Shown piece by piece: positions 1 through 8,016 of a DNA stretch of 55,960 nucleotides. How positions within the stretch are numbered: the stretch's first letter is position 1; the number at the start of each line of letters is the position of its first letter. The stretch comes from Bacteroidales bacterium. Its GTDB lineage: Bacteria; Bacteroidota; Bacteroidia; Bacteroidales; VadinHA17. The DNA is taken from NCBI GenBank assembly GCA_038247205.1, contig JBBRVC010000003.1, positions 1 to 55,960 on the forward strand. Reading direction: 5' to 3'. The notes beneath the pieces were generated by a model. That model was not told the DNA's origin and made no database searches. It saw only the letters and a list, made by a program, of their open reading frames with translations. Position numbers and translations under genes: made by a program.

Positions 1-403
1 AATTTCTTCCATACAATGCTTCATCTCCGATAAGCTGAATCTGTACAGATCCGTTTCTAAACCGCTGTACGGTAAAAACTCCCACATCCTGTTTCTCATT
101 CTGGCTTAGGGCGACTTGTAAAACAATGTTATGAACATCATCATCAACGTAGTCAGTCACCATTAAATAATCCACAAGGTTATCTCCATTGAGATCAAGG
201 TTGTTTACCCTTGAATTCTGATCATTAAGAGTTCTCTCAAAATCTTCCAGCGTCTCAGACTCCTGGAACAGATTCATGACTGCATATAAATTAAGATTAT
301 CACCGGGTAATCCCAGGTATTCCTCCTGCCTGTCCTGAGCCTTGGTAGTTGAAACCATCGTAACCAGGAGTGCAAGAATCGAAGTAAGAATTAGTTTTTT
401 CAT
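1..403 (-). CDS. Exported hypothetical protein (Bacteroidota-type), 3' end beyond the window edge
   Basis: Not in ORF track. ATG at 403, open to base 1: MKKLILTSILALLVTMVSTTKA-QDRQEEYLGLPGDNLNLYAVMNLFQESETLEDFE...NNLDLNGDNLVDY...QLIGDEALYGRN. Sec signal peptide with Gln at +1. Confidence 0.85.
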   Translation of the reverse strand, partial: MKKLILTSILALLVTMVSTTKAQDRQEEYLGLPGDNLNLYAVMNLFQESETLEDFERTLNDQNSRVNNLDLNGDNLVDYLMVTDYVDDDVHNIVLQVALSQNEKQDVGVFTVQRFRNGSVQIQLIGDEALYGRN

Positions 404-445
404 TTTTTTAAGTATTAGAAGAATCATCTCTTCATTGAAGTGTTA

Positions 446-461
446 TCAAAACACGTACCAA
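446..461 (-). promoter_or_regulatory. Putative sigma-54-like -24/-12 element TTGGTACGTGTTTTGA
   Basis: GG-N10-GA spacing, 42 nt upstream of ATG 403; the same pattern recurs at four other gene starts in the window. Confidence 0.5.
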
Positions 462-628
462 CTTTAACAGATATGCCTGATAAGAACAAAATCAAGACAG
501 AAAACCGTTAAAAATATCGTGCATATATCAAATATCGAGAAAGTTACATTCTGAGATAAATATTTAAAGCATCAGAATTATTATTTGAGATTTTTGTTTT
601 CGGGTTCAGGATCGTGTGGTTAATTTAC

Positions 629-709
629 TTATTTTATGAGGCCAAGTATTCCGGCTATAAATTCACCATGCATCTCAATCATACGGAGACTGTAATCTTT
701 TTGGTTCAT
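629..709 (-). pseudogene. 26-aa small ORF or truncated N-terminal remnant (resembles DUF6483-like N-termini)
   Basis: MNQKDYSLRMIEMHGEFIAGILGLIK*; A-rich leader before ATG; further in-frame stops follow immediately. Family resemblance is recalled, not searched. Confidence 0.4.
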
Positions 710-744
710 GATTGTTTAATATTTAAATGACTTAGACTTGTGTT

Positions 745-1755
745 TTATGGTATGAGGATGTTCTTACCGCCTGACATATTATTAATGTATAATTCGACTG
801 CCTCCTGAACCCTGGTTAATGGAAATTTACCCCTGATATTAATTTTCATATCACTACTCATTAGACGACTTACTTCCCTTATATTCATCATGTTCCTGAA
901 AAGTCCATTGTCTTTAGCCTTGTTCCCAAGAAAAAACCCTTCGATTTTAATATTTTTGTCAATCAGGTTTCTTGGGTTGAATCTGACATTTTCTTCACCC
1001 GATAAGTTGCCATAAATGATAACAGAGCTGTTTTGTGGCAGAGCATCAACCATTGCTGTAAGTTGCATATTGCAAACAGAATCGAATAGAGCAGTTGCCC
1101 TTAGTTCAGTGGCTAGTAATCCGAGATTTTCAATAAAAGTTGGATCCGAGCTATCCAGTAAATAAAGGGAGCCCTGTTCTTTCAGTTTTTCTGCCTGTTT
1201 TTGATTCCTTACAATATTTATAACAGGGATCTTATGCTTTTTGCCCAGTAATTCCACCATACTACCCAAAGCGCTTGCCCCTGGATTATTTATAATTGCT
1301 TTGTGCTTCTTCTTTTTTACAATTTCAAAAAAGGAGAGAGCTGTGAGTGGATTAACTAATGACATTGACCCCTGTTCATCAGATACTTTTTTGTTTAATG
1401 GGAAGCACATGGCCGCAGGTGTGACCATATACTCAGCCCATGTGCCGCTTGTACTGTATTTTGATGAACATGCTACCCTTTTACCAAGCCATAAGCGTGG
1501 CAGTATTCCTTTCCCTGCCGCAACGACTGTCCCGCTGCCTTCAAGTCCGGGAATAAAAGTACTCAGGTCATGATCTATATGTGCATTTCTTAACCTGCCA
1601 AGATCTGACGGATTAATTGGTGCTGCTGAAATTTTCACGAGAACTTCAGATGGTCCGGGGTAAGGAATTTTCAATTCTCTGACAATCAGCGGTCCTCCCT
1701 GCTTTTCAAGGAAAACGGCTTTCATTGTTTCAGGATATGTGTCGGTTAATGCCAT
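745..1755 (-). CDS. MDR-superfamily NADPH-dependent oxidoreductase (quinone/enoyl reductase-like, zinc-independent)
   Basis: EVLVKISAAPINPSD, PGLEGSGTVV, GTWAEY, VNPLTA, GASALG; catalytic Zn Cys/His ligands absent. ATG 1755 preferred over TTG 1776. Confidence 0.85.
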   Translation of the reverse strand: MALTDTYPETMKAVFLEKQGGPLIVRELKIPYPGPSEVLVKISAAPINPSDLGRLRNAHIDHDLSTFIPGLEGSGTVVAAGKGILPRLWLGKRVACSSKYSTSGTWAEYMVTPAAMCFPLNKKVSDEQGSMSLVNPLTALSFFEIVKKKKHKAIINNPGASALGSMVELLGKKHKIPVINIVRNQKQAEKLKEQGSLYLLDSSDPTFIENLGLLATELRATALFDSVCNMQLTAMVDALPQNSSVIIYGNLSGEENVRFNPRNLIDKNIKIEGFFLGNKAKDNGLFRNMMNIREVSRLMSSDMKINIRGKFPLTRVQEAVELYINNMSGGKNILIP

Positions 1756-1825
1756 AACTATAAAATAAGGGTGCAAGATAGAAATTTTAAAGTCGCTGGT
1801 TCTAACTTCATATCAGAGTCTTCTG

Positions 1826-1933
1826 TCAGGACTTGAATTTTAGATGATCCTCCTTACATATTCTTTTTATAAGTCTTTGTGCAGACATTATTGCGGTAGG
1901 CAATCCACCACCGGGTTCTACCCATTGGCCCAG
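1826..1933 (-). pseudogene. C-terminal remnant of a phytoene desaturase-like FAD-dependent oxidoreductase
   Basis: LGQWVEPGGGLPTAIMSAQRLIKRICKEDHLKFKS* matches the GQWxxPGGGxPxxxxS C-terminal FAD motif. No ATG before the motif; in-frame stop about 18 codons upstream. Confidence 0.7.
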
Positions 1934-1965
1934 TAATCTCAATTTATTTTGAGAGAAATCTAATA

Positions 1966-1989
1966 TAACATTTCTACCCGAGGATTGTT
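1966..1989 (+). promoter_or_regulatory. TAACATT-N10-GATTGTT element upstream of yceI (putative alternative-sigma promoter or operator)
   Basis: Identical flanks and spacing recur at 40483-40506 upstream of nhaA; also sits in a 9-bp inverted repeat (AATATAACA 1962-1970 / TGTTATATT 1986-1994). Confidence 0.45.
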
Positions 1990-2026
1990 ATATTTATAGT
2001 TTCAGGTGTAACAAACATATAATGAG

Positions 2027-2584
2027 ATGAAAACGTCAGAAACTCTAATTAAGACAAAATGGGTTATTGATCCTGCTCACAGCGAGTTTGGATTCAAAGT
2101 AAAACATCTGATGATCACAAACGTAAAAGGTGTTTTCAGAGACTTTCAGACAAATATTTACACTTCGGGAGATGATTTTACAACTGCAGAAATTGAAGTC
2201 AGGATCAATACTGAATCTATTGACACAGGTGATGAGAAGCGTGATGCGCATTTAAAAAGCCCTGATTTCTTTAATGTTGAGACTCATCCGCAAATAATTT
2301 TTATTGGGAAGAAGCTTGAAAGGGCGAAGGAGGATACATATATATTATATGGAGATCTGGCAATCAGAGAAGTTACAATACCTGTTAAGCTTGATGTTGA
2401 ATTTGCCGGGAGAATGACAGACCCATATGGAAATGAAAAAGCCGGTTTCGTTGTTGAGAGTAAAATCAGTCGTAAAGAATGGGAATTGAACTTGAACACT
2501 ACTTTGGAAACCGGAGGCGTACTTGTAGGCGATGAAGTACGGATCAGTTGCGAAATCCAGATGATAAAGCAATCAAATCAATAA
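2027..2584 (+). CDS. yceI: YceI family lipid/polyisoprenoid-binding protein (no signal peptide)
   Basis: WVIDPAHSEFGFKVKHLMITNVKGVF, SIDTGDEKRDAHLKSPDFF, GDLAIR, DPYGNEKAGF, GGVLVGDEV. Confidence 0.92.
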   Translation: MKTSETLIKTKWVIDPAHSEFGFKVKHLMITNVKGVFRDFQTNIYTSGDDFTTAEIEVRINTESIDTGDEKRDAHLKSPDFFNVETHPQIIFIGKKLERAKEDTYILYGDLAIREVTIPVKLDVEFAGRMTDPYGNEKAGFVVESKISRKEWELNLNTTLETGGVLVGDEVRISCEIQMIKQSNQ

Positions 2585-2641
2585 ACATAGACCCGGTTTG
2601 TTGAAAAGTAAATCCTGATATTATCTTTATCGGAAAAAAAT

Positions 2642-3244
2642 ATGCGATTTTCCTTCGAAGCATTTCTGTATCAATTATTAATAGATCCGATTTTATCCAA
2701 ACTCCACAAGAGCATTCTTGCAAATATAAAATCATCAGACAAGGTTCTCGACGTTGCCTGTGGGACAGGTTCTCTTTCATTGGCCATAGCTGAAAAAGCA
2801 TTATACGTTAAGGGAATTGATCTTTCAGAGCCGATGATTAATTCTGCAATAAAATCAGCTGGCAGGAGAGGTGTGAAAAATGTTGATTTTACCCTCCGGG
2901 ATGCTTCTGAGCTGACTGACTTTAAAGATCATGAATTTGAGATAGCTGTGACGTCAATGGCAATTCATCAGTTTGATGCGGAACTGGCAATCAGAATTCT
3001 CACGGAAATGAAAAGAATTGCATCAAGGGTTATCATAATCGATTATAATTATCCTCTTCCGAAAGGATTTTCAGGATCTGTTGCTTCAGGAATCGAAAAG
3101 CTTGCAGGAGGTGATCATTACAGAAATTTTGCAATATATATGAGGTCTGGTGGAATAGAATATTTTACCGGAAGGTCGGGACTGGAAATAAAATCTCAGG
3201 TTTTGAAAGGCAGAGGCGTATTTGCAATATCTGTTTGCATATAA
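2642..3244 (+). CDS. Class I SAM-dependent methyltransferase
   Basis: Motif I VLDVACGTG, GIDLSEPMI, RDAS, SMAIH, IIIDY. Confidence 0.88.
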   Translation: MRFSFEAFLYQLLIDPILSKLHKSILANIKSSDKVLDVACGTGSLSLAIAEKALYVKGIDLSEPMINSAIKSAGRRGVKNVDFTLRDASELTDFKDHEFEIAVTSMAIHQFDAELAIRILTEMKRIASRVIIIDYNYPLPKGFSGSVASGIEKLAGGDHYRNFAIYMRSGGIEYFTGRSGLEIKSQVLKGRGVFAISVCI

Positions 3245-3313
3245 ATATTTATTGACATATTGCAGTTAGATGAATTTTATATTTATTTTGATTTTGATAT
3301 AAAATTTTATCAA

Positions 3314-3661
3314 ATGCCCCATTCCAATAACATTCCTTTCCAGTCGATATACTGGGACCTGATACCAAAATCAGAACATTCAGGAGAATCCGGTACTGCC
3401 TGGTGGCAAACGATTCAGTTTGAAGGAATAAGGATCAGATTAGTCGAATACTCACCAGGGTATATGGCGGATCACTGGTGCGAAAAAGGCCATATTGTGC
3501 ATTGCCTTGATGGTCAGTTTATTAGCGAACTGAAAAACGGGAAGAAATCTATCATTAGAAAAGGAATGTCATATATTGTTTCGGATAATCTGAGTTCTCA
3601 TCGATCAATTTCAGAGGCCGGAGTGAAGCTTATGATAATTGATGGAGATTTTTTAAAATAA
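3314..3661 (+). CDS. DHCW-motif cupin-fold protein
   Basis: GESGTAWWQT, IRLVEYSPGYMADHWCEKGHIVHCL, GMSYIVSD..SSHRS; ATG 3314 preferred. Confidence 0.85.
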   Translation: MPHSNNIPFQSIYWDLIPKSEHSGESGTAWWQTIQFEGIRIRLVEYSPGYMADHWCEKGHIVHCLDGQFISELKNGKKSIIRKGMSYIVSDNLSSHRSISEAGVKLMIIDGDFLK

Positions 3662-3787
3662 GATTTTAAACTTTTCTGTATACTGAGAAGAGCATAATTA
3701 TGGGAAGATAAAGTACAGACCATATTATTGATTAAATTGGACCAATATTTATCAAAAATCACATATCAAAATTCTAATAGAGCTCAT

Positions 3788-6232
3788 ATGAACATTAATA
3801 AATTTACCCGGAACTTTGCCTTTATAATGGCATTTTCCTTAACATCAATACTAACACATGCTAAAGAGATAGTTACTCTTCAGACCGGATGGAAATTTTC
3901 AAAGGGAAACTTTGAGAATGCCTCACGGCCCGATTTTGATGACTCCGGGTGGCAAAATGTTACTGTTCCTCACGATTGGGCAATTTCAGGGCCGGTAATT
4001 ATTGATGGTGATGGAAATACAGGTAAACTGCCATGGAAAGGTGAAGGGTGGTACAGAAGAAGTCTTGACATCCCATCTGCATATAACGGAAAAAGGGTAT
4101 ACCTGATTTTCGATGGGATTATGTCAAATCCGGAAATTTTTATTAACGGCAAGCTGGCAGGTAAATGGGATTACGGGTACAATTCATTTTACATTGATAT
4201 AACAGAATTTTTACTTTTCAATGGTAAAAACAATCTGGCGGTTCATGCAGATACCAGAAATCATGACAGCAGGTGGTATCCGGGGGCAGGTATTTACAGA
4301 AAAGTACAGATGGTGATTGTTGATCCTGTGCACGCCGGTATATGGGGCATTCAGGTACAAACTCCGGTAATTAAACCAAACTATGCAGAGGTAAGGATAA
4401 TGACATCGGTATACAACAAGTCTGAAAAAAGTGAGGATCTGGTGAAGGTTGAAAATATCATTCTTAATCAGAAAGGTGTAGAAGTAGCAAAAAATGAGGC
4501 AGTTGCAAGTATTGGATCAAGAGCTTCCATGGATATTGAAACAACATTATATTTAACAGATCCGCAGCACTGGGATATTTCTAATCCTGCCATGTACCAG
4601 GTTAAAACAAATATTTACAAAGGTGATAAGCTTGCCGACACATATTTTACGTCTTTTGGAATCAGAACAACCCGCTTCACAGCAGATAATGGCTTTTATC
4701 TGAATGATAAACGAGTTCAGTTAAAAGGAGTAAACCTTCACCATGATCATGGACCGCTTGGCGCAGCTTTCCATACAAGAGCCATGGAGCGACAGCTTGA
4801 AATCATGAAATCGATGGGTTGCAATGCAATAAGGACTAGTCATAACATTCCTGCTCCCGAGTTATTGGAATTATGTGATAAAATGGGATTCCTTGTCTTT
4901 AATGAGGCGGTTGACAAGTATGACGGTAAAGCTGATATTAATAAAGATACTGATTTTGAAGAATTTGCACAAAGAAATATCAGAAATTTCGTAATGCGCG
5001 ACCGTAACCATCCCAGTATATTCATCTGGAGCGTTGGCAACGAGATGGGAGATGTTCAGACCAACAGAAACAACGGGCTTGCAAAGATGCAAATAATGAT
5101 AAACTATGTCCGGAAATACGATCCGATGCGGCCAGTCACAATGGCAAACGATAATCAGGACGCTGCAGTAACCCGTCATTTTGATAACTATGATGTGCAC
5201 AGCTGGAACTATAACCGCCGGTACAGCCTTGCACGCCAGCTGGAACCCAACAAGTCAGTTATAGTCAGTGAATCTGCATCCACTGTCAGTACACGGGGTT
5301 TCTATGAATTGCCGCTGCCGGAAAAGAAAGAAGATTTTACAGATGTCATGCAGGTAAGCTCATATGATTTGCAAGCACCGGCGTGGGCTAACCTTCCTGA
5401 TGATGATTTCATGTGGCAACAGGACGAAGAGTATATAGCAGGTGAATTTGTTTGGACAGGTTTTGATTACCTGGGAGAGCCAACACCTTATGGCAATCAA
5501 TGGGTAATATCTAAAGGAATGACCAATAATGAAGCATCGCGAAGCTCATATTTCGGAATTGTTGATTTATGCGGAATTCCCAAAGACAGGTTTTACCTCT
5601 ATAAAAGTCAGTGGAAACCTGAAGAAACAACTGTACATATTCTTCCTCATTGGAACTGGGAAGCAGGCAAAGTTGGAAAGATCCCCGTGTTTGTTTATAC
5701 AAATGGCGATTGTGCCGAACTGTTCCTCAATGGAAAATCGCTTGGTATGCGGTGTAAGAAACCGGCTTCATCAAAAAAGTCGATTGAGCGTTTCCGTCTG
5801 ATGTGGCCTGATGTAACTTATCAGCCGGGTGAATTAAAGGCTATTGCCTATAAGGAAGGTGCTGTGATCGGAGAACAAATATTAAAAACAGCCGGTGAGC
5901 CTTATCAGATAAGGCTAACACCTGACAGGCCAGTGATTAGTGCCAATGGAGAGGATTTGTCGTATGTACTTGTAGAAGTTTTTGATAAGAATGGAAATTT
6001 GTGTCCGCTGGCAGATCATAAAATTGACATTTCAATAAATGGCCCCGCGCATATAGCAGGCGTTGGCAATGGAAATCCACAATCGATGGATCCATTTCAG
6101 GCTGATTTTGTAAATCTCTTCTATGGCAAAGCAATGATAATAGTCGGCTCTGACTTCAATAAGGGAGAGGTTAAAATTACAGCTGAATCCAAGGGGTTAG
6201 TAAAAGACTCAAAGATAATTAAGACAGAATGA
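3788..6232 (+). CDS. Glycoside hydrolase family 2 (beta-galactosidase-like), exported
   Basis: VTVPHDWAI, SRWYPGAGIYR, LKGVNLHHDHGPLG, NAIRTSHN, acid/base WSVGNE, nucleophile region VSESAS, WTGFDYLGEPTPY; N-terminal signal peptide from ATG 3788. Confidence 0.93.
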   Translation: MNINKFTRNFAFIMAFSLTSILTHAKEIVTLQTGWKFSKGNFENASRPDFDDSGWQNVTVPHDWAISGPVIIDGDGNTGKLPWKGEGWYRRSLDIPSAYNGKRVYLIFDGIMSNPEIFINGKLAGKWDYGYNSFYIDITEFLLFNGKNNLAVHADTRNHDSRWYPGAGIYRKVQMVIVDPVHAGIWGIQVQTPVIKPNYAEVRIMTSVYNKSEKSEDLVKVENIILNQKGVEVAKNEAVASIGSRASMDIETTLYLTDPQHWDISNPAMYQVKTNIYKGDKLADTYFTSFGIRTTRFTADNGFYLNDKRVQLKGVNLHHDHGPLGAAFHTRAMERQLEIMKSMGCNAIRTSHNIPAPELLELCDKMGFLVFNEAVDKYDGKADINKDTDFEEFAQRNIRNFVMRDRNHPSIFIWSVGNEMGDVQTNRNNGLAKMQIMINYVRKYDPMRPVTMANDNQDAAVTRHFDNYDVHSWNYNRRYSLARQLEPNKSVIVSESASTVSTRGFYELPLPEKKEDFTDVMQVSSYDLQAPAWANLPDDDFMWQQDEEYIAGEFVWTGFDYLGEPTPYGNQWVISKGMTNNEASRSSYFGIVDLCGIPKDRFYLYKSQWKPEETTVHILPHWNWEAGKVGKIPVFVYTNGDCAELFLNGKSLGMRCKKPASSKKSIERFRLMWPDVTYQPGELKAIAYKEGAVIGEQILKTAGEPYQIRLTPDRPVISANGEDLSYVLVEVFDKNGNLCPLADHKIDISINGPAHIAGVGNGNPQSMDPFQADFVNLFYGKAMIIVGSDFNKGEVKITAESKGLVKDSKIIKTE

Positions 6233-6313
6233 TGAAGCGGTAAGATGAGGGGCTTTGTTAATAAATTAACAGAGCTCCCGGGCGAAGTTCAGAAAGCCTG
6301 GCTCATGATTCTT

Positions 6314-6346
6314 AAAAAACACAAACCCGCAGCAATGCTGCGGGTT
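6314..6346 (-). terminator. Intrinsic terminator after tRNA-Ser (may also serve the convergent GH2 gene)
   Basis: Hairpin AACCCGCAGC-AAT-GCTGCGGGTT followed on the minus strand by TGTGTTTTTT. Confidence 0.75.
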
Positions 6347-6359
6347 GATTTGATGACTT

Positions 6360-6451
6360 TGGCGGAGAAAGAGGGATTCGAACCCCCGGTCCCTTGGATA
6401 AAGGACAACGGTTTTCAAGACCGCCGCATTCGACCGCTCTGCCATTTCTCC
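6360..6451 (-). tRNA. tRNA-Ser (anticodon UGA), CCA encoded
   Basis: Minus strand GGAGAAATGGCAGAGCGGTCGAATGCGGCGGTCTTGAAAACCGTTGTCCTTTATCCAAGGGACCGGGGGTTCGAATCCCTCTTTCTCCGCCA: acceptor stem, long variable arm, TTCGAAT T-loop, G73 discriminator. Confidence 0.97.
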
Positions 6452-6523
6452 CTGTCTTTCAAAGATTGTCCGGAGTACTTACCCAATGTTCTGTTTTATG
6501 GTGTTTTTCTTCCAAATCAGCCG

Positions 6524-6531
6524 CAAAGATA
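6524..6531 (-). promoter_or_regulatory. Bacteroidota primary-sigma -7 element (TATCTTTG) for tRNA-Ser
   Basis: Matches TAnnTTTG about 70 nt upstream of the tRNA 5' end; no clear -33 box. Confidence 0.5.
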
Positions 6532-6760
6532 ATATATTTTTGATTTCATAGGTTTTTTTTAAGATAATTTAAATAAATATCTGATAATCAGATGTATGTA
6601 ATTTTTATCAACAACATATAAACAAAAAATATTGCTTAAAGTTCTGAAACCCACCTGTATTGCCATGGAGAGAAATTTTTTAATATGCGAACCTTTCTTA
6701 AACAAATTGATACTTTTTTTCTTAAAAGGGCCATTATTTGAGGAAAAACGTCAAAAAAAA

Positions 6761-6791
6761 TTTGCATATGAATTAAAAAAAAATAAATTTG
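6761..6791 (+). promoter_or_regulatory. Bacteroidota primary-sigma promoter of hup
   Basis: -33 TTTG (6761-6764), 19-nt spacer, -7 TAAATTTG (6784-6791). Confidence 0.7.
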
Positions 6792-6833
6792 TATTTAATT
6801 ACAAAGTTTGGTCTAACCCTTAATACATTTATT

Positions 6834-7103
6834 ATGACAAAAAAAGAATTAGTTAATGCAATTGCTGCTGATGCAGGTCTTTCTATTAAAGATGCAGGCA
6901 AAGCCCTTAATTCATTTGTAGGTGCTTTCGGGACAGCCATGAAAAAAGGTAACAGGATCCAGCTTCCAGGACTCGGTACTTTTAATGTTACAAACAGAAG
7001 TGCAAGGGTAGTTCGTAACCCACGTACGGGTGCTAAACTTAATGTTCCTGCAAAGAAAGTTGTTAAATTCAAACCAGCTCCTGCACTTAACAAAGGTCTT
7101 TAA
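6834..7103 (+). CDS. hup: HU family DNA-binding protein
   Basis: MTKKELVNAIAADAGLS...LPGLGTF...R.AR..RNPRTG..L.VPAKKVVKFKP; 89 aa from ATG 6834. Confidence 0.93.
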   Translation: MTKKELVNAIAADAGLSIKDAGKALNSFVGAFGTAMKKGNRIQLPGLGTFNVTNRSARVVRNPRTGAKLNVPAKKVVKFKPAPALNKGL

Positions 7104-7125
7104 TCTTAATTTCTCAAGATTGCTT

Positions 7126-7151
7126 AGGGGTGTAATAACACCCCTTTTTTT
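7126..7151 (+). terminator. Intrinsic terminator of hup
   Basis: AGGGGTGT-AATA-ACACCCCT followed by a T-run. Confidence 0.85.
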
Positions 7152-7290
7152 ATTCAATCACCTAATTGAGTGAATATTAAATCTTATCTTTTTTATTTCC
7201 AAAAGAATTGTAACTTTCTTAAAATTGATAAAAAATTTTAAATGTTTTTACTATTTTTGATCAAGATATTCCTTTTCAATACGGCGGACA

Positions 7291-8001
7291 ATGAATTGCA
7301 TTATAATTGACGATGATAAAATAACCTGCAAAATTCTGGAGGGGTATGTTAACAAATCTGATTCTCTCACTCTGATTGCCTCTTTCAACGATCCTGTAAG
7401 TGCAAGAAACATGCTTACAAGACGGCGGGATATCGATCTTATATTTCTCGATATTGAGATGCCTGAGATGAGCGGATTTGATATTATCGGGAGCCTTGAT
7501 TTCCCTCCGAATATTGTTGTTGTATCTTCTGCCGAGGAGTATGCCCTAAAAGCTTTCGATTTCAATGTTGTGGACTATCTCCTTAAACCAATAACCTATG
7601 CACGTTTCTGCAAAGCAATTGACAAGACAATAAGATACTTCAGTCGAAAAGAGGTTCCTCCTGTTACCGGCGATGAAGAAATTTTTATTAAAAACGGGTC
7701 ATCACTGGTTAAACTCAGACTGAGTGAAATAATCTTCATAGAAGCTCTTGAAAATTATGTGACTCTGTCGACAAACGAGAATAAGTATACAATCCATTTT
7801 ACAATGAAAGCAATTGAAAGCCAGTTGCCTTCAACTTTATTTATACGGGTTCACAGATCTTATATCGTAAATAAAAGCATGATAAAGACGATCAAGGAAA
7901 GTTCCCTTGAAATAATAGTCGGCACAACGTTAACAACCATTCCCATAGGAAAGTCATTCAGAGACAATCTGTTGAGTGATATCAACCTTATGGCCAGATA
8001 A
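7291..8001 (+). CDS. LytR/AlgR (LytTR) family response regulator
   Basis: Receiver IIIDDD, LIFLDIEMPEMSG, DYLLKP; LytTR domain IIFIEALENYV, FIRVHRSYIVN, IPIGKSF. Confidence 0.93.
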   Translation: MNCIIIDDDKITCKILEGYVNKSDSLTLIASFNDPVSARNMLTRRRDIDLIFLDIEMPEMSGFDIIGSLDFPPNIVVVSSAEEYALKAFDFNVVDYLLKPITYARFCKAIDKTIRYFSRKEVPPVTGDEEIFIKNGSSLVKLRLSEIIFIEALENYVTLSTNENKYTIHFTMKAIESQLPSTLFIRVHRSYIVNKSMIKTIKESSLEIIVGTTLTTIPIGKSFRDNLLSDINLMAR

Positions 8002-8016
8002 TATCCTGTTTTTCTG

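Noticed and set aside
6360-6451. Possible selenocysteine tRNA (long variable arm, TCA visible on the plus strand)
   Set aside because: The gene is on the minus strand, where the anticodon reads TGA, and the acceptor stem is a normal 7 bp, so it is tRNA-Ser.
6245-6532. 95-aa plus-strand ORF
   Set aside because: It is the antisense reading of tRNA-Ser and its terminator; AEKEGFEPP is a typical tRNA shadow translation.
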